A stretch of 63,379 nt of DNA, filler included, from Octopus bimaculoides (Eukaryota), in assembly GCF_001194135.2 (NCBI RefSeq). It is 10 parts of 10 records of this genome, joined end to end, with 100 filler letters (N's around TTAATTAATTAA, not from the genome) between each part and the next. Parts side by side here need not be neighbours in the genome. Positions count along the whole stretch, not along the records: positions 18,890 to 27,094 come from NC_068997.1; positions 27,195 to 34,068 come from NC_068983.1; positions 34,169 to 36,763 come from NC_069000.1; positions 36,864 to 44,802 come from NC_068993.1; 6 more parts are not named here. The stretch is one strand, 5' to 3'. This document shows, one piece after another, positions 25,938-37,125 of the stretch. Positions within the stretch are counted from its first letter, which is position 1. The number at the start of each line of letters is the position of its first letter. Both the position numbers and the translations under genes were made by a program. A model generated the notes under the pieces. It worked only from the letters and a program-made list of their open reading frames with translations. It was not told the origin of the DNA and searched no databases.

Positions 25938-26809
25938 AATGTCTGTTGCTGGCACTGCTGTTGCTGCTGACGATGATTATGATGACATGCGTATCTTAGA
26001 TCGGTGCGAAACAGACGCAAAAAAAAAGCAACAACAAAATCAGAGAAGATGTTCGAACTTCATTTCTTCAATGTTTGTGGTGAATTATCTTTCTTAATCT
26101 GGTTTGCATTTGCCTTCACAACTTTATTCTAAGGATTCATTACAAGAATATTTAATCGTCCTCAATACATAGCTTCGAAACATAAACGGTAAATTCGATT
26201 GAGATTTGGTAGGTTTTTTCTCCTGTATTGTTAATGCCAAGAAATAATAATATAATAGCCTAATAGTATTTTAGATGTACTTCATATGTGAATGGACGTG
26301 TTCCAAGTTAATTCCCTTGACTTTGCCTCTTCTTTTAACAAATGTGTAACCTTAATGAAGGGTAAGCGAAGCAATCAATCTTTTAAACTGTGCCAACTGT
26401 TCGTAACGTTGTCAGTAATTCAATGTCTGCATATATATATATATATATATANNNNNNNNNNNNNNNNNNNNNNNNNNNNNNNNNNGTATTTATGTATGTA
26501 TGTATGTATGTATGTATGTATGTATGTATGTATGCATGGTTGTGAATATGTTTGTGAGTCCGTGCTTGTCCCCCCCAACATCGCATGACAACAGATGCTG
26601 GTGTGATTAAGTCCCCGTAACTTAGCAGTTCGGCAAAAGAGACCGATAGAATAAGTACTAGGCCTACAAAGAATAAGTCCGGTGGTCAATTTGGTCGAAT
26701 TGGCTGTAACAAGTAAAAGTGTAACAGAATAAAGGAATACGCACACGCGCCCATACATACAATACATACATACATACATATGTGTGTATGCATGCATATA
26801 TGCAAATAT

Positions 26810-26860
<51 letters not shown>

Positions 26861-27094
26861 GATGGTATAGTTTGGTGCGTTTTGTAATTTCAATACTTGT
26901 AATAGCATAAATTAAGACAACTAACTCGATTCGGAGCAAAGTTCAAGATAGAATGAGATATATATATATATATATAATACAAATTATATGTGAGTATATG
27001 CATATATACGTACATATATGTACGTACCTACATCTACATGTATATATATAGATGCATATCTGGGTACAGTGTGTATGTATGTATTCATATATGT

Positions 27095-27194
27095 NNNNNN
27101 NNNNNNNNNNNNNNNNNNNNNNNNNNNNNNNNNNNNNNTTAATTAATTAANNNNNNNNNNNNNNNNNNNNNNNNNNNNNNNNNNNNNNNNNNNN
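27095..27194. other. Artificial 100-bp linker (44 N + TTAATTAATTAA + 44 N), one of nine
   Basis: The same structure starts at 18790, 27095, 34069, 36764, 44803, 48494, 52713, 55466 and 60726. Confidence 0.95.
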
Positions 27195-27545
27195 TTGTCG
27201 CCAGCAGGGGTAAGAGCTCTCTAAACTTTGCCCAGGCTATTCTTATTCTAGCAGCTACACTTTCAGCGCACCCACCTCCACTACTAACTTGGTCGCCCAG
27301 ATAGCGGAAGCTATCGACTACCTCTAGTTTTTCACCCTGGAATGAGATAGAAGTTGTTTCCTGTTTGCTTACAGTCTTTATTGCACCTGAACATCTGCCA
27401 CAAACAAAAACTAACTTGCTAGTTAACCTGCCTTTGATGTTGCTGCACCTCTTATGTGTCCATAGCTTGCACCGGGTACATCTTATAGAGTTACTACCTA
27501 CTCCTTTTCTACATACTGAGCAGGGCCATCTACCTGAAGGGGTTT
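27195..27545 (-). mobile_element. RTE-type LINE fragment with a PHD-like finger
   Basis: PCSVCRKGVGSNSIRCTRCKLWTHKRCS...FVCGRC is followed by EVVDSFRYLGDQVSSGGGCAESVAARIRIAWAKFREL, an RTE thumb region. Confidence 0.8.
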
Positions 27546-27859
27546 GTGTTTTATCTACCTTCCTACTTATTAGGATTTTGGTATATATATATATATATAT
27601 ATTTATTTAATTAGAGTGACAGCTTAATATGATAATACAGTTGTCTTAGAATTCAGACTGTTGGTTAGCACATCAAACCCTGTTTGTTAAAATGAAGGTT
27701 TTTAGGTTCAATCTCTGGCACAGCTCTGGAATATTACCTGAAAATGGTTGAAGAGGACACCAATTGGAAATGTTACATCATCATGACATACAATGATGAA
27801 GGAAATAATCTCCAAAACTGATATGACTATGAAAAAATATCTCAGAAAAATTATATAAA

Positions 27860-28260
27860 GCACAGGTATGTGTGGTTATAAAGCTTACTTTGCAGTCATG
27901 TGGTTTCAGGTTCAGTCCCATTGGGTGGCACCTTGGACAAGTGTCTTCTTTTATTGCTCCAGGGTGACCAATGTCTTATGAGTGAATTTGGTTGCTAGAA
28001 ACTGTGTGGAAGACCATCGTATGTGTGTATGTGTGTGTGTGCCTTTATGTCTATGCTTGCCCCCGCTGACTGCTTGACAGACAGTGTTGGTTTGTTTACA
28101 TCCCCATTACTTAGTGGTTGGAATAAGTGCCAGAGTTAAAAAACAGAAAAATCCTAAGGTCATTCTGACCAGCTAAAACCCTTCGATGCAGTGCCCCAGC
28201 ATGGCCACAGTCCAGTGACTGAAACAAATAAAAGATGTAAGACAAATGAAAAGATAAAGA
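27860..28260 (+). mobile_element. SINE family B, CpG-decayed, intronic
   Basis: Head and tail are alignable to 55566-55895. A similar copy lies at about 30030-30420. Confidence 0.7.
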
Positions 28261-28276
28261 GATAAAAGAACTTTAC

Positions 28277-28446
28277 CTTTGTAAGAATACCAGAAGGTTG
28301 AACCAAGCAAAGAAAATGGCCAAAGCGCCTGCTTCCCACTGGAAATGAAGTGATAACCGAAATAGAAATGGTAGAATGAACACACATGTGGAAGTGTAGA
28401 GTATCCATTCCAAAATGTTTATAGGTTCACGGAAATATCTCTTTCC
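28277..28446 (-). CDS. TRPA1: TRPA1 exon, S3-S4
   Basis: Acceptor TTTTTATAG| and donor AAG|GTAAAG; 170 nt, phase 0 to 2. GKRYFREPINILEWILYTSTCVFILPFLFRLSLHFQWEAGALAIFFAWFNLLVFLQ(R) closely follows human TRPA1 as recalled (NVLEWIIY...QWQCGAIAV..WMNFLLYLQR). Confidence 0.92.
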
Positions 28447-28499
28447 CTATAAAAATAACAATAAGAGCATTATCATCATCATCATCATCATCATCACCA

Positions 28500-29105
28500 C
28501 CACCACCACCACCATCATTATTGTTTAAGGCTGTTTGCAATGCTGGCATGGGCTGGATGGTATGACAGGAACCGGAAAGTCAGAAGACTGCACCAATCCC
28601 TTCTGTCTGCTTCGGCGAGGTTTCTATCACTGGATGCCCTTCCTAATGCCAACTGCTTTACAGAGTGTACTGGGTGACTTTTATGTGACACCAGCAGCAA
28701 TGAGGTCACCAAATAACTTGTAGTAGGACAAGATCTGTCAAATAGGGTGAAGGGGAGAAGTACTGAAGGACAAAAATGGTTTTCTTGCAATGGAGGAGAA
28801 GCATGGCTATGTCAGGCAGGGAGAGACATCATCATCATCATCATCGTTTAACGTCTGCTTTCCATGCTAGCATGGGTTGGACGATTTGACTGAGGACTGG
28901 TGAAACCGGATGGCAACACCAGCCTCCAATCTGATTTGGCAGAGTTTCTACAGCTGGATGCCTTTCTTAACGCCAACCACTCAGAGAGCGTAGTGGGTGC
29001 TTTTACGTGTCACCCACACGAAGGCCAGTCAGGCAGTACTGGCAACAGCCATGCTCAAAATGGTGTATTTTATGTGCCACCCGCACAAGAGCCAGTCCAG
29101 GGGCA
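28500..29105 (-). mobile_element. Two RTE-tail-type SINE/LINE 3' ends with (CAT)n tails
   Basis: 28830-29102 is near-identical to 58841-59180. Related plus-strand 3' ends lie at about 31830-32225. Confidence 0.7.
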
Positions 29106-29307
29106 AAACATAATATAACAAATATAACTAAAAAAAAAATTTTTTTTTAAATGGTGTTTTTATGAAGTTACATAAAAACATCATGATATTTTTTTGTTAA
29201 CAATTAAATAAATATTTATGTATTAGGACTTCACATTGATTTTTGTTCTTCTGTCAACCAACCAAATATTTTGTTACAAACATGTGAGAATGTGATATAT
29301 TACTTAC

Positions 29308-29397
29308 CTGCTGTATAATTTGTACAATTTCTTTCAGTAAATTTATGATACAGAAAATTGTTATCAACCATATTGTGATACTGTGAAAAATGGACAG
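29308..29397 (-). CDS. TRPA1: TRPA1 exon, S2
   Basis: Acceptor CCTTTACAG| and donor CAG|GTAAGT; 90 nt, phase 0 to 0. Encodes LSIFHSITIWLITIFCIINLLKEIVQIIQQ, with the KExxQIxQQ motif. Confidence 0.9.
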
Positions 29398-30141
29398 CTG
29401 TAAAGGATATACAGAAAAAAAAATACAAACAAGAAGTAGTTAAAATAAATTAATCCTTATTATCATTGTTTGATTCTAATTTGCCTGAGACCACCCTAAG
29501 TTCTGTTGTACAAATCCCCTGTTTTATAGTGATCTAAATTAAAATTTGCCATCAGAATTTCTTGCAAGCTTAATAACAACAGTTACTTTAAAAATTTCTT
29601 CATTACTTTAAAAATTAAAACAAAGATAATAATTTCACAATAAATATGATAATGAAATGGTTACAACAAGCAAACTAGTTTCAATTTTATTTTAATTTCC
29701 TAATCTGTAGAACTGAACATAAATAGTTCTAGCTTCGTTTGTTAATTGTAACTTAAATTAAAAAGATTGTTTTTAGTTCTATAATTACTAATTTGAAAGG
29801 TAAACTACTTTTTTTTTGTAATTTAATCACCACCTAATTAATCTTTCCTCCAAATAATGATAGGCAAAACCAGATAGTTTAGGCTCAAAAACAATTTCTT
29901 TAAATCTGCAATTTGGATTTGTTTCGAATTTCCTTTCAAACTCTTGGAATTATGCCCCAAACACACACACACACACACACAAACATCTATGTGGAATACC
30001 TCATATAAAAACTAGTAGAGTTTTATACTTTTTGGGGTTCAGTCCAACTGCATGGAACATTGGGTAAGTGTCTTCTACTATAGCTCTAGGTTGACCAATG
30101 CCTTGTGAGTGAATTTGGTTGACAGAAAGTGTATGCAAGAC

Positions 30142-30183
<42 letters not shown>

Positions 30184-30470
30184 TCATATATGTGTGTGTG
30201 TGTGTGTCTATTCACTGCCCCAAACTATTCCATGAAAACCCATCTTGGTTTGTTTACATTGTATAACTTGTGGTTCATCAAAATAGCTAATACAATAAGT
30301 ATCAGACATAAATAAATAAATATTGGGGTTGATTTTTTTCAACCAAAAAACCCTTCTGGGTGGTGCTCCAGCATGACTACAACCTGATGACTGAAACAAA
30401 TAAAGATAAAAAATAAAAACTAGAGTCTTCACCAATGCTAAACCTAGTATTTCTTGAATTCTTTATTTAC

Positions 30471-30792
30471 TGTAAAGAATGAAAAGTTTTGAATGGTACA
30501 ACAATGCACTATAATATAAAAATAGACTATATACCTGTTGTAATTTAGTTATCTATAGTCCAATGATATTTCGGAATACAATTCCTTCTTCAGATATTCT
30601 TCAATGGAGTCTCTGCTATAAACTGTTTTCCAACGGTTTTCTTTTCTTTTTTTTTTTTTTTTCAGAAGCGGATAACTAAATTACAACAGGTATATAGCCC
30701 ATTTTTTATATTATAGGGTATTGTGGTACCATTCATAACTTTTCATTCTTTACAAACAATACACAATGTTTCAAGTGAACTACAATACTCTC
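30471..30792. repeat. Inverted pair of Penelope-like repeat fragments
   Basis: Arms 30471-30553 and 30671-30754 are reverse complements with few mismatches. The same family occurs at about 34650-34850. The Penelope assignment is tentative. Confidence 0.75.
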
Positions 30793-30920
30793 TTATCTTT
30801 ATTTACTATTTCATTTGAAAACAATCATAAGTATTTCATTTAATCAATTTGAATGAGAATAAATGCATAATTTAATGAGTTAAAATAATTAGAAAAGAAA
30901 AACATACAAAACAAATTTAC

Positions 30921-31026
30921 CTCAAATGTCTGCATGACTTTGAAGCTACAAGCATCAATTTCTTCTTTGGTCTTTTCATCATCAGCAGAAACTGTTGATA
31001 CTTTTAAAGTTTGATTTAGAGCGTAA
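30921..31026 (-). CDS. TRPA1: TRPA1 exon, S1-S2 extracellular loop
   Basis: Acceptor CCCTATTTAG| and donor GAG|GTAAAT; 106 nt, phase 2 to 0. Encodes YALNQTLKVSTVSADDEKTKEEIDACSFKVMQTFE, in phase with both neighbours. Confidence 0.85.
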
Positions 31027-32546
31027 CTAAATAGGGAAGAGTTGTGAGGTAAGTGAGCAATTAGAAATATTATATAGTATGAATATTTTTGAAAATAAAT
31101 CCTTAAACTAATACATACATACATACATACATATAGGGGGAAAAAATGCACATATCGAGCAGAGGTTGGCAATGCCTGTGCAGAGTTTTAGGTCCAATAA
31201 GGCTTGCACAACACCTCATAGACCCTCTCCACTTTATTGACATTATCCAAAGACAAGCCGGAGCAAGATGTCTGGTGCCAATATGAGTCGCAGGCTCAGG
31301 GATGTTGGAGTGCCTTGATCTCTAGCACAAACCAAAGATCCCCAAAATGTCCAATGCCATTCCCTGCATATCTGGTTTTATATCAAAGTGACCTTCTCCT
31401 AGAGACATGCTTCAACAAAAGCTGAGGGGTGCCTCAATCCTTGTGGTCTTTCAGCATGCCGGACACCATCCCGGAATTTCTGCGTACCCGTGCTATTGCT
31501 AGATAGCCGTTGGGCCTGCACTAGGTCCATCCGAGCTTTCAACAGGTCTTGTTTTTAATCCTGCTGGGTTTCTAGCAACCCTCCTCACCAGGGTAGCCTG
31601 GTAGGGGTACCAGTTTAGTTGACGGCAACCCGATCATGCAACAGGTTGTACTGGATTGCATGTTACCAGTAGCACTTATGAGAGCCTTATAAGTGACCTG
31701 ACATACACAAATTTACATACATACATATATACACACACAGACATACACACATATCATCGTGTCTGTACACTTGTCCTGACACCAAATAATGGTCGTAAAT
31801 AAGCATCATTGTCATACAAGCAATTAGTTAGTTCCCAGTTTTATGTGGTAAAACATGCCAGGTCATGGAAAATATTCCCTTGCTTGGAAGCAGATGAGGA
31901 TTGGTGACAAGAGAAGTATCCATGCATAGAAAATATGCCTCAATAAATTCCGTCTGACCCATACAAGCATGGAAAAGTGGACATAAAATGATGATGGTGA
32001 TGTAAATGTGTGTGTGTGTGTGTATGTGTGCATGTGTCTGTATGTGCATTGTTTGAGTTCACCCTTGTCTTGACATTATTTGTTGGTTGTAAATGAGTAA
32101 AAGTGTCATGCAAGCAAGGTTGTATAACAACAGGAAGGGCATTCAGCCATAAAAAATCTGCCTCAACAAATTCCATCTGACCCATGCAATCATGGAAAAT
32201 CAACCACTAAATGATGATAGTGGTGATGATGACGATGTACTGTGGAGTGATCCCTAATATATAATTGGTACTGTTATTTTTCATATCAACCACAGTGAGA
32301 TGAAAGATAAAAACTATCTCGGTGGAATTTAAAATCAAGATAGAACAATACTCAAATGTTTTTAACCCCCTATCCTATTAACTCATTAGTCTTGTTCATT
32401 CTTGATTTATGGAATATAATAACTGAAATTCAGTTCATTAAAACTAGGAAATACAGATGTTAAGAGGATTTTAAAGAAGAAATCAAAGTCTATTGAAATA
32501 ATATGCTATAGATACCAATTAAACTCAAAAGAAATCTATCTGGTAC

Positions 32547-32666
32547 CTGCAGTCTGGATCATAATGCATCATTGAATCATGAGTGGTCACAAAATTGGTC
32601 AGAAGTCCAAGAAAGATTATGTACAGGAGAAGATTGAAGATATAGATCCAACGGCCATATGCATTC
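32547..32666 (-). CDS. TRPA1: TRPA1 exon, S1
   Basis: Acceptor TTTGATAG| and donor CAG|GTACCA; 120 nt, phase 2 to 2. Encodes (W)NAYGRWIYIFNLLLYIIFLGLLTNFVTTHDSMMHYDPDC(S). Confidence 0.88.
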
Positions 32667-32704
32667 CTATCAAATTGAATAAATAAAATGAAAAATACAA
32701 TGTG

Positions 32705-33060
32705 AATTAGATGATGGATTAAGTGTGGATTAAATGGTGGATTAAGTATGGGTTAGATAGTGGATTAAGTGTGGATTGGGTAGTGGATAAAGGAGGATTA
32801 ATCATGGGTTAGATAGTGGATTAAGTGTGGGTTACATGGTGAATTAAGTATGGGTTAGATAGTGGATTAAGTATGGGTTAAATGATGGATTGTATGTGGA
32901 TTAGACCATGGATTATGTGTAGATTAGATGGTGGATTGTGTGTGGAGTAAATGGTACATTATTTGTGGGTCAGATGGTGGATTAAGTGTGGATAAGATGG
33001 AGGATGATGTGTGGATTAGTTGGTGAATTAAGGGCAGTTAAGTGTGGGTCAGATGGTAGA
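32705..33060. repeat. Degenerate 23-bp minisatellite (GTGGATTAAGTRTGGGTTAGATA)
   Basis: A 23-bp period is visible at 32809, 32832, 32855 and 32878. Confidence 0.85.
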
Positions 33061-33770
33061 TTAATGCTCCTCAAATTTCAAGTTCAGATCTTGCTGTCAA
33101 CCTTACATTGCATTTTTACAAGTTACTGAGAGAACCTCTACATGATTTCTTAACTCGATAGAAATAACAAAGAAATTCTTGTGATAACACCCAACAATGT
33201 AGTTCTGGATATGGCGATGCCCAAGAGTAAAATAGGATGTCACGGCTGCATTCCTTGTCTTATAAATTCTGCTTAGTTGTTAAGGATGACTTGAGATTAA
33301 ACAACAGCATCAGTGTGCTTTTACATAAATTAGATTGCTCGTTCATGTAAGCTGAAAATAAGAATCCCGAGGCCTTCTTTTGTAAAGATAATATTGTGAG
33401 ATTTGACTGATATTTGGTGTAGAAGCTGTTGTACAGTGCCCTAAAGCAGTATTTCTCAAAGTGAACTCCATGGACTCCAAAAGTTCCATGAAAATATTTT
33501 GGGATTCTGTGTGATAAGGTATGTTTTTTTAAAAAAAATTAACAAAAATTTATTCTATGAAAAAATTGAAGTTGTCATTTTCAAAATAATAAATTACATT
33601 TATTTTTTTTTATATAAATAAATACTCTTCTATGTTAGATGGTTGTCTGTAAAATAAAACCATATGAGCTCTGTAATTTCTGAAAAATCACATACAAGTT
33701 CCATGATAAAATAAGTTTAGGCACCACTGCCTTTGATCAAGAGTGCTAACTAGACTTTCTTTAGTTTGCC

Positions 33771-33812
<42 letters not shown>

Positions 33813-33817
<5 letters not shown>

Positions 33818-34068
33818 GCAAAGACTAAGCAACTGGAAGGCACCTGGACACGACAAGATCCCCAATTTCTGGTTAAAACACCTGCCAGCAATGCATAAAA
33901 AGCTGGCAGAAAACTTTAACAACATAATAGCAGATCCAGAGACAATGCCTGAATGGCTCACAAAAGGGAAAACCATCTTAATCCCCGAATCCACGGAAAC
34001 GGAGAAACCACAAAACTATAGACCTATAACCTGTCTCCCTACGATCTACAAAGCCTTTACTGCAATAA
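33813..34068 (+). mobile_element. 5'-truncated R4/Dong RT fragment in (AAT)n
   Basis: NWKAPGHDKIPNFWLKHL...WLTKGKTILIP...NYRPITCLPTIYKAFTAI starts immediately after (AAT)n. Confidence 0.88.
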
Positions 34069-34241
34069 NNNNNNNNNNNNNNNNNNNNNNNNNNNNNNNN
34101 NNNNNNNNNNNNTTAATTAATTAANNNNNNNNNNNNNNNNNNNNNNNNNNNNNNNNNNNNNNNNNNNNTATATATATGCATGTATGTATGTATGTATGTA
34201 TGTATGTATGTATGTATGTATATATGAGCAACTAAGATGGA

Positions 34242-34572
34242 CAGGTCTCAATTAATGACAGCCGTTTCAAGCGAATCCTTTAATTGATTGATGAAAGCAT
34301 TACATCATCATTTGAAAGAAGCCGTTTCCGTCAGATGAACGCATAGATTTCAAACATAAATGATACAAACATTCTGCCACAGATATGACAAAAGAACCAA
34401 TGTAAATATTATGAGTTCCATTATTAATGTGAATATATTAAGGAAATAGTATTTTCCTTTAATTTGAAGTTTATGCTGTCATCTGAGGAGATTGGTTTCT
34501 TTCAAATGATGCAATATTTTCATTAATCAATTAAAGGAGTCGCTTGAAAGTGCTGTAAGGAATTGACACCTG
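34242..34572. mobile_element. MITE-like element with about 110-bp imperfect TIRs
   Basis: 34242-34353 aligns by eye to the reverse complement of 34463-34572. Confidence 0.75.
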
Positions 34573-36611
34573 CATATCTTTGTTACTAATTTATATTTTA
34601 TTCACCTAACTTGGAGTCTGCACTTCGGAAATACTATAGAAAGTATAGGAGAGTATTGTAGTTCGCTTGAAGCATTGTGTATTGTTTGTAAAGAATAAAA
34701 GTTTAGGAAGGTATAACAATGCAATATAGAACAAAAAATGGACTGTATACCTGTTGTAACTTGGTAAACTGTAGTCCGATGATATTTCGGAATTAGAATT
34801 CCTTCTTCAGATCTTAATTTGCTGGAGTCTCTGCTATAAACTATATAGAAAGTATCTTTATAAAAAGTTCATGTCTGAATTACTAAGAGCAGCTAAGTTC
34901 ATTAATCTGGGTTGCATTGCCTGCATACACGGCAAGAATATCAGGTACAAACACCCCTGTACGGAGTCTTGATATTCAATATTCAATTAATATTGTTTAG
35001 GTGTGCGGATTATACTGACGTATATATATATATATATATATATATATTGTCTCTTATATGTAAGTATACATTATTCTAAATCATGTGCGACTATTTCTGT
35101 CTATCAGCTTCTTCGCCCTTATTCGTTCATTCCATTCTTCGTTCTTTCGTTCCCCCTCGCTCACATTTCCTTGCCCTCTCTTCTTGCTCACTTTCCCTCC
35201 ACTTTTCACTTCACTCTGTCCCTGTCATTTTTTTCGCCCTTCCTTAATTCTTTTATCCCTCTGCCTCTACCTCTCTCTCTTCCCTTCCCACGTTCCGGCG
35301 TTCGGCCAAACCTGATCTTTCTTTCTTGGCCGGCATTGTGCGTGTAACATCGATATTCCTCCCTGTGCCTGTGAAATCTTGTATCCCCGCCGCAAGGCTT
35401 TATTTCCGCACACGCTAGCTTAATTTAATTCGTCCTTAGTCGAAAGACATCTGTTGTTATGTCTTGTTATTACTTTTATTTTTATTGTATTTGTGTAACA
35501 TTGTTAATTTTTTTCCGTCCTTGTTTTCGTATACATTCGCTGCTTTCTTCCAAGGAATCTAATGCTCATAGCTTAGTTTTTCCTTGGGGCTGGCCAGATT
35601 GGAGCAATATCGAGAATAACCAGCCAAAATTGCAAAGATAATTTGGATCTCGATTGAGGAAAGAAAACTCCGAATGACCTGTCATTGTTTTCTTTGTATC
35701 GTCTATCTGGATGTTTTGTTGTCCCTTTCTTATATCACCTAAATGTCTGGATGTTTTGCGTTCTTGTCCGATTTTGTATTATNNNNNNNNNNTATATAGT
35801 GAGAATTTACAAAAAAACAAAACAAAAGACGAAGACGGGTCTGTAAACAACAAACAAATGTATTGTACACATATATGTCTGTGGCTATAAGCATCTTTGA
35901 CTTTTGCTTCTAGTAATGTGGATGCTACCTTGTGCCCTCAGTTGTTATTAGTGACAACTGAACTTTTCCTTTTTGGTTATATATTGCGTCTAACTACCTT
36001 TATTATTCTATAAGTTTCACATTACCATTTTGCTGAATCAGCCATTGATTCTTATGGTAAAATCTTTATACTGACAGATAGGATTTGACTTAACTATCAG
36101 CGATAGAAAAGTACCACTAATGAGTTTTAATTTCAAGCGAAATTAGCTTACCAATATAGTACCCTCACTCATTGTGGGGTGGTTTGTAATAAACTTGTGC
36201 TACGTTTGTAATAAACTTGTGCTACGTTTGTGGCTATAAGTGTCTTTGATTCTTGTTTTTAGCAATATAGGTGCTACCTTGCACCTTCAGTCACTATTAG
36301 TGACAAATGAATTTTCCTTTCTGGTTTTATATTGCGTCTAGCCACCTTCTTCCTCATTATTATTATTATTATTATTGTTGTTGTTGCTGTTGTTATCATT
36401 ATATTTATATAATCCAATTTAATATATATATGTATGTGTGTGTTTGTTGTGTGTGCGTGCGCGCGCGTGTAGTTCCATAGCCATACCTAGACTGTAGTAA
36501 AGAAACTCTAAAATATCAGTTCGAAAGCCGTTTTTAAGCGAGAAATTCGCAATATTTAGTTATTAAAGCGTAATAAATCTCAGAAAAGTCATTTCTATTA
36601 ATTTTTCGTGC

Positions 36612-36763
36612 ATACTATATAAATAAGTGTATTTATACTATATAAATAAGTGTATTTATACTATATAAATAAGTGTATTTATACTATATAAATAAGTGTA
36701 TTTATACTATATAAATAAGTGTATTTATACTATATAAATAAGTGTATTTATACTATATAAATA
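36612..36763. repeat. Perfect 23-bp tandem repeat ATACTATATAAATAAGTGTATTT, 6 or more copies
   Basis: Direct reading; truncated by a linker gap. Confidence 0.95.
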
Positions 36764-36863
36764 NNNNNNNNNNNNNNNNNNNNNNNNNNNNNNNNNNNNN
36801 NNNNNNNTTAATTAATTAANNNNNNNNNNNNNNNNNNNNNNNNNNNNNNNNNNNNNNNNNNNN

Positions 36864-37125
36864 ACCGCGAGTCCGCTACCCTAACCACTGCTGTACTCTT
36901 TCACCACAACTTTCTCTCACTCTTCTTGTTTCTGTTGTGCTTGTAATTCAAAGGGTCAGCCTTGTCACACTCTGTGTCACGCTGAATATCCCCGAGAACT
37001 ACGTTAAGGGTACACGTGTGTGTGGAGTGCTCAGCCACTTGCACGTTAATTTCACGAGCAGGCTGTTCTGTCGATCGGATCAACTGGAACCCTCGTCGTC
37101 GTAAGCGACGGAGTGCCAACAACAA
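36864..37125 (+). mobile_element. SINE family A with an inverted 5' head
   Basis: 36864-36890 is the reverse complement of the tRNA-like head and is joined to the forward body. Confidence 0.8.

Noticed and set aside
36020-36080. AAA TG|GTAATG as the missing TRPA1 'KW' exon
   Set aside because: There is an in-frame stop a few codons upstream and no HP motif.
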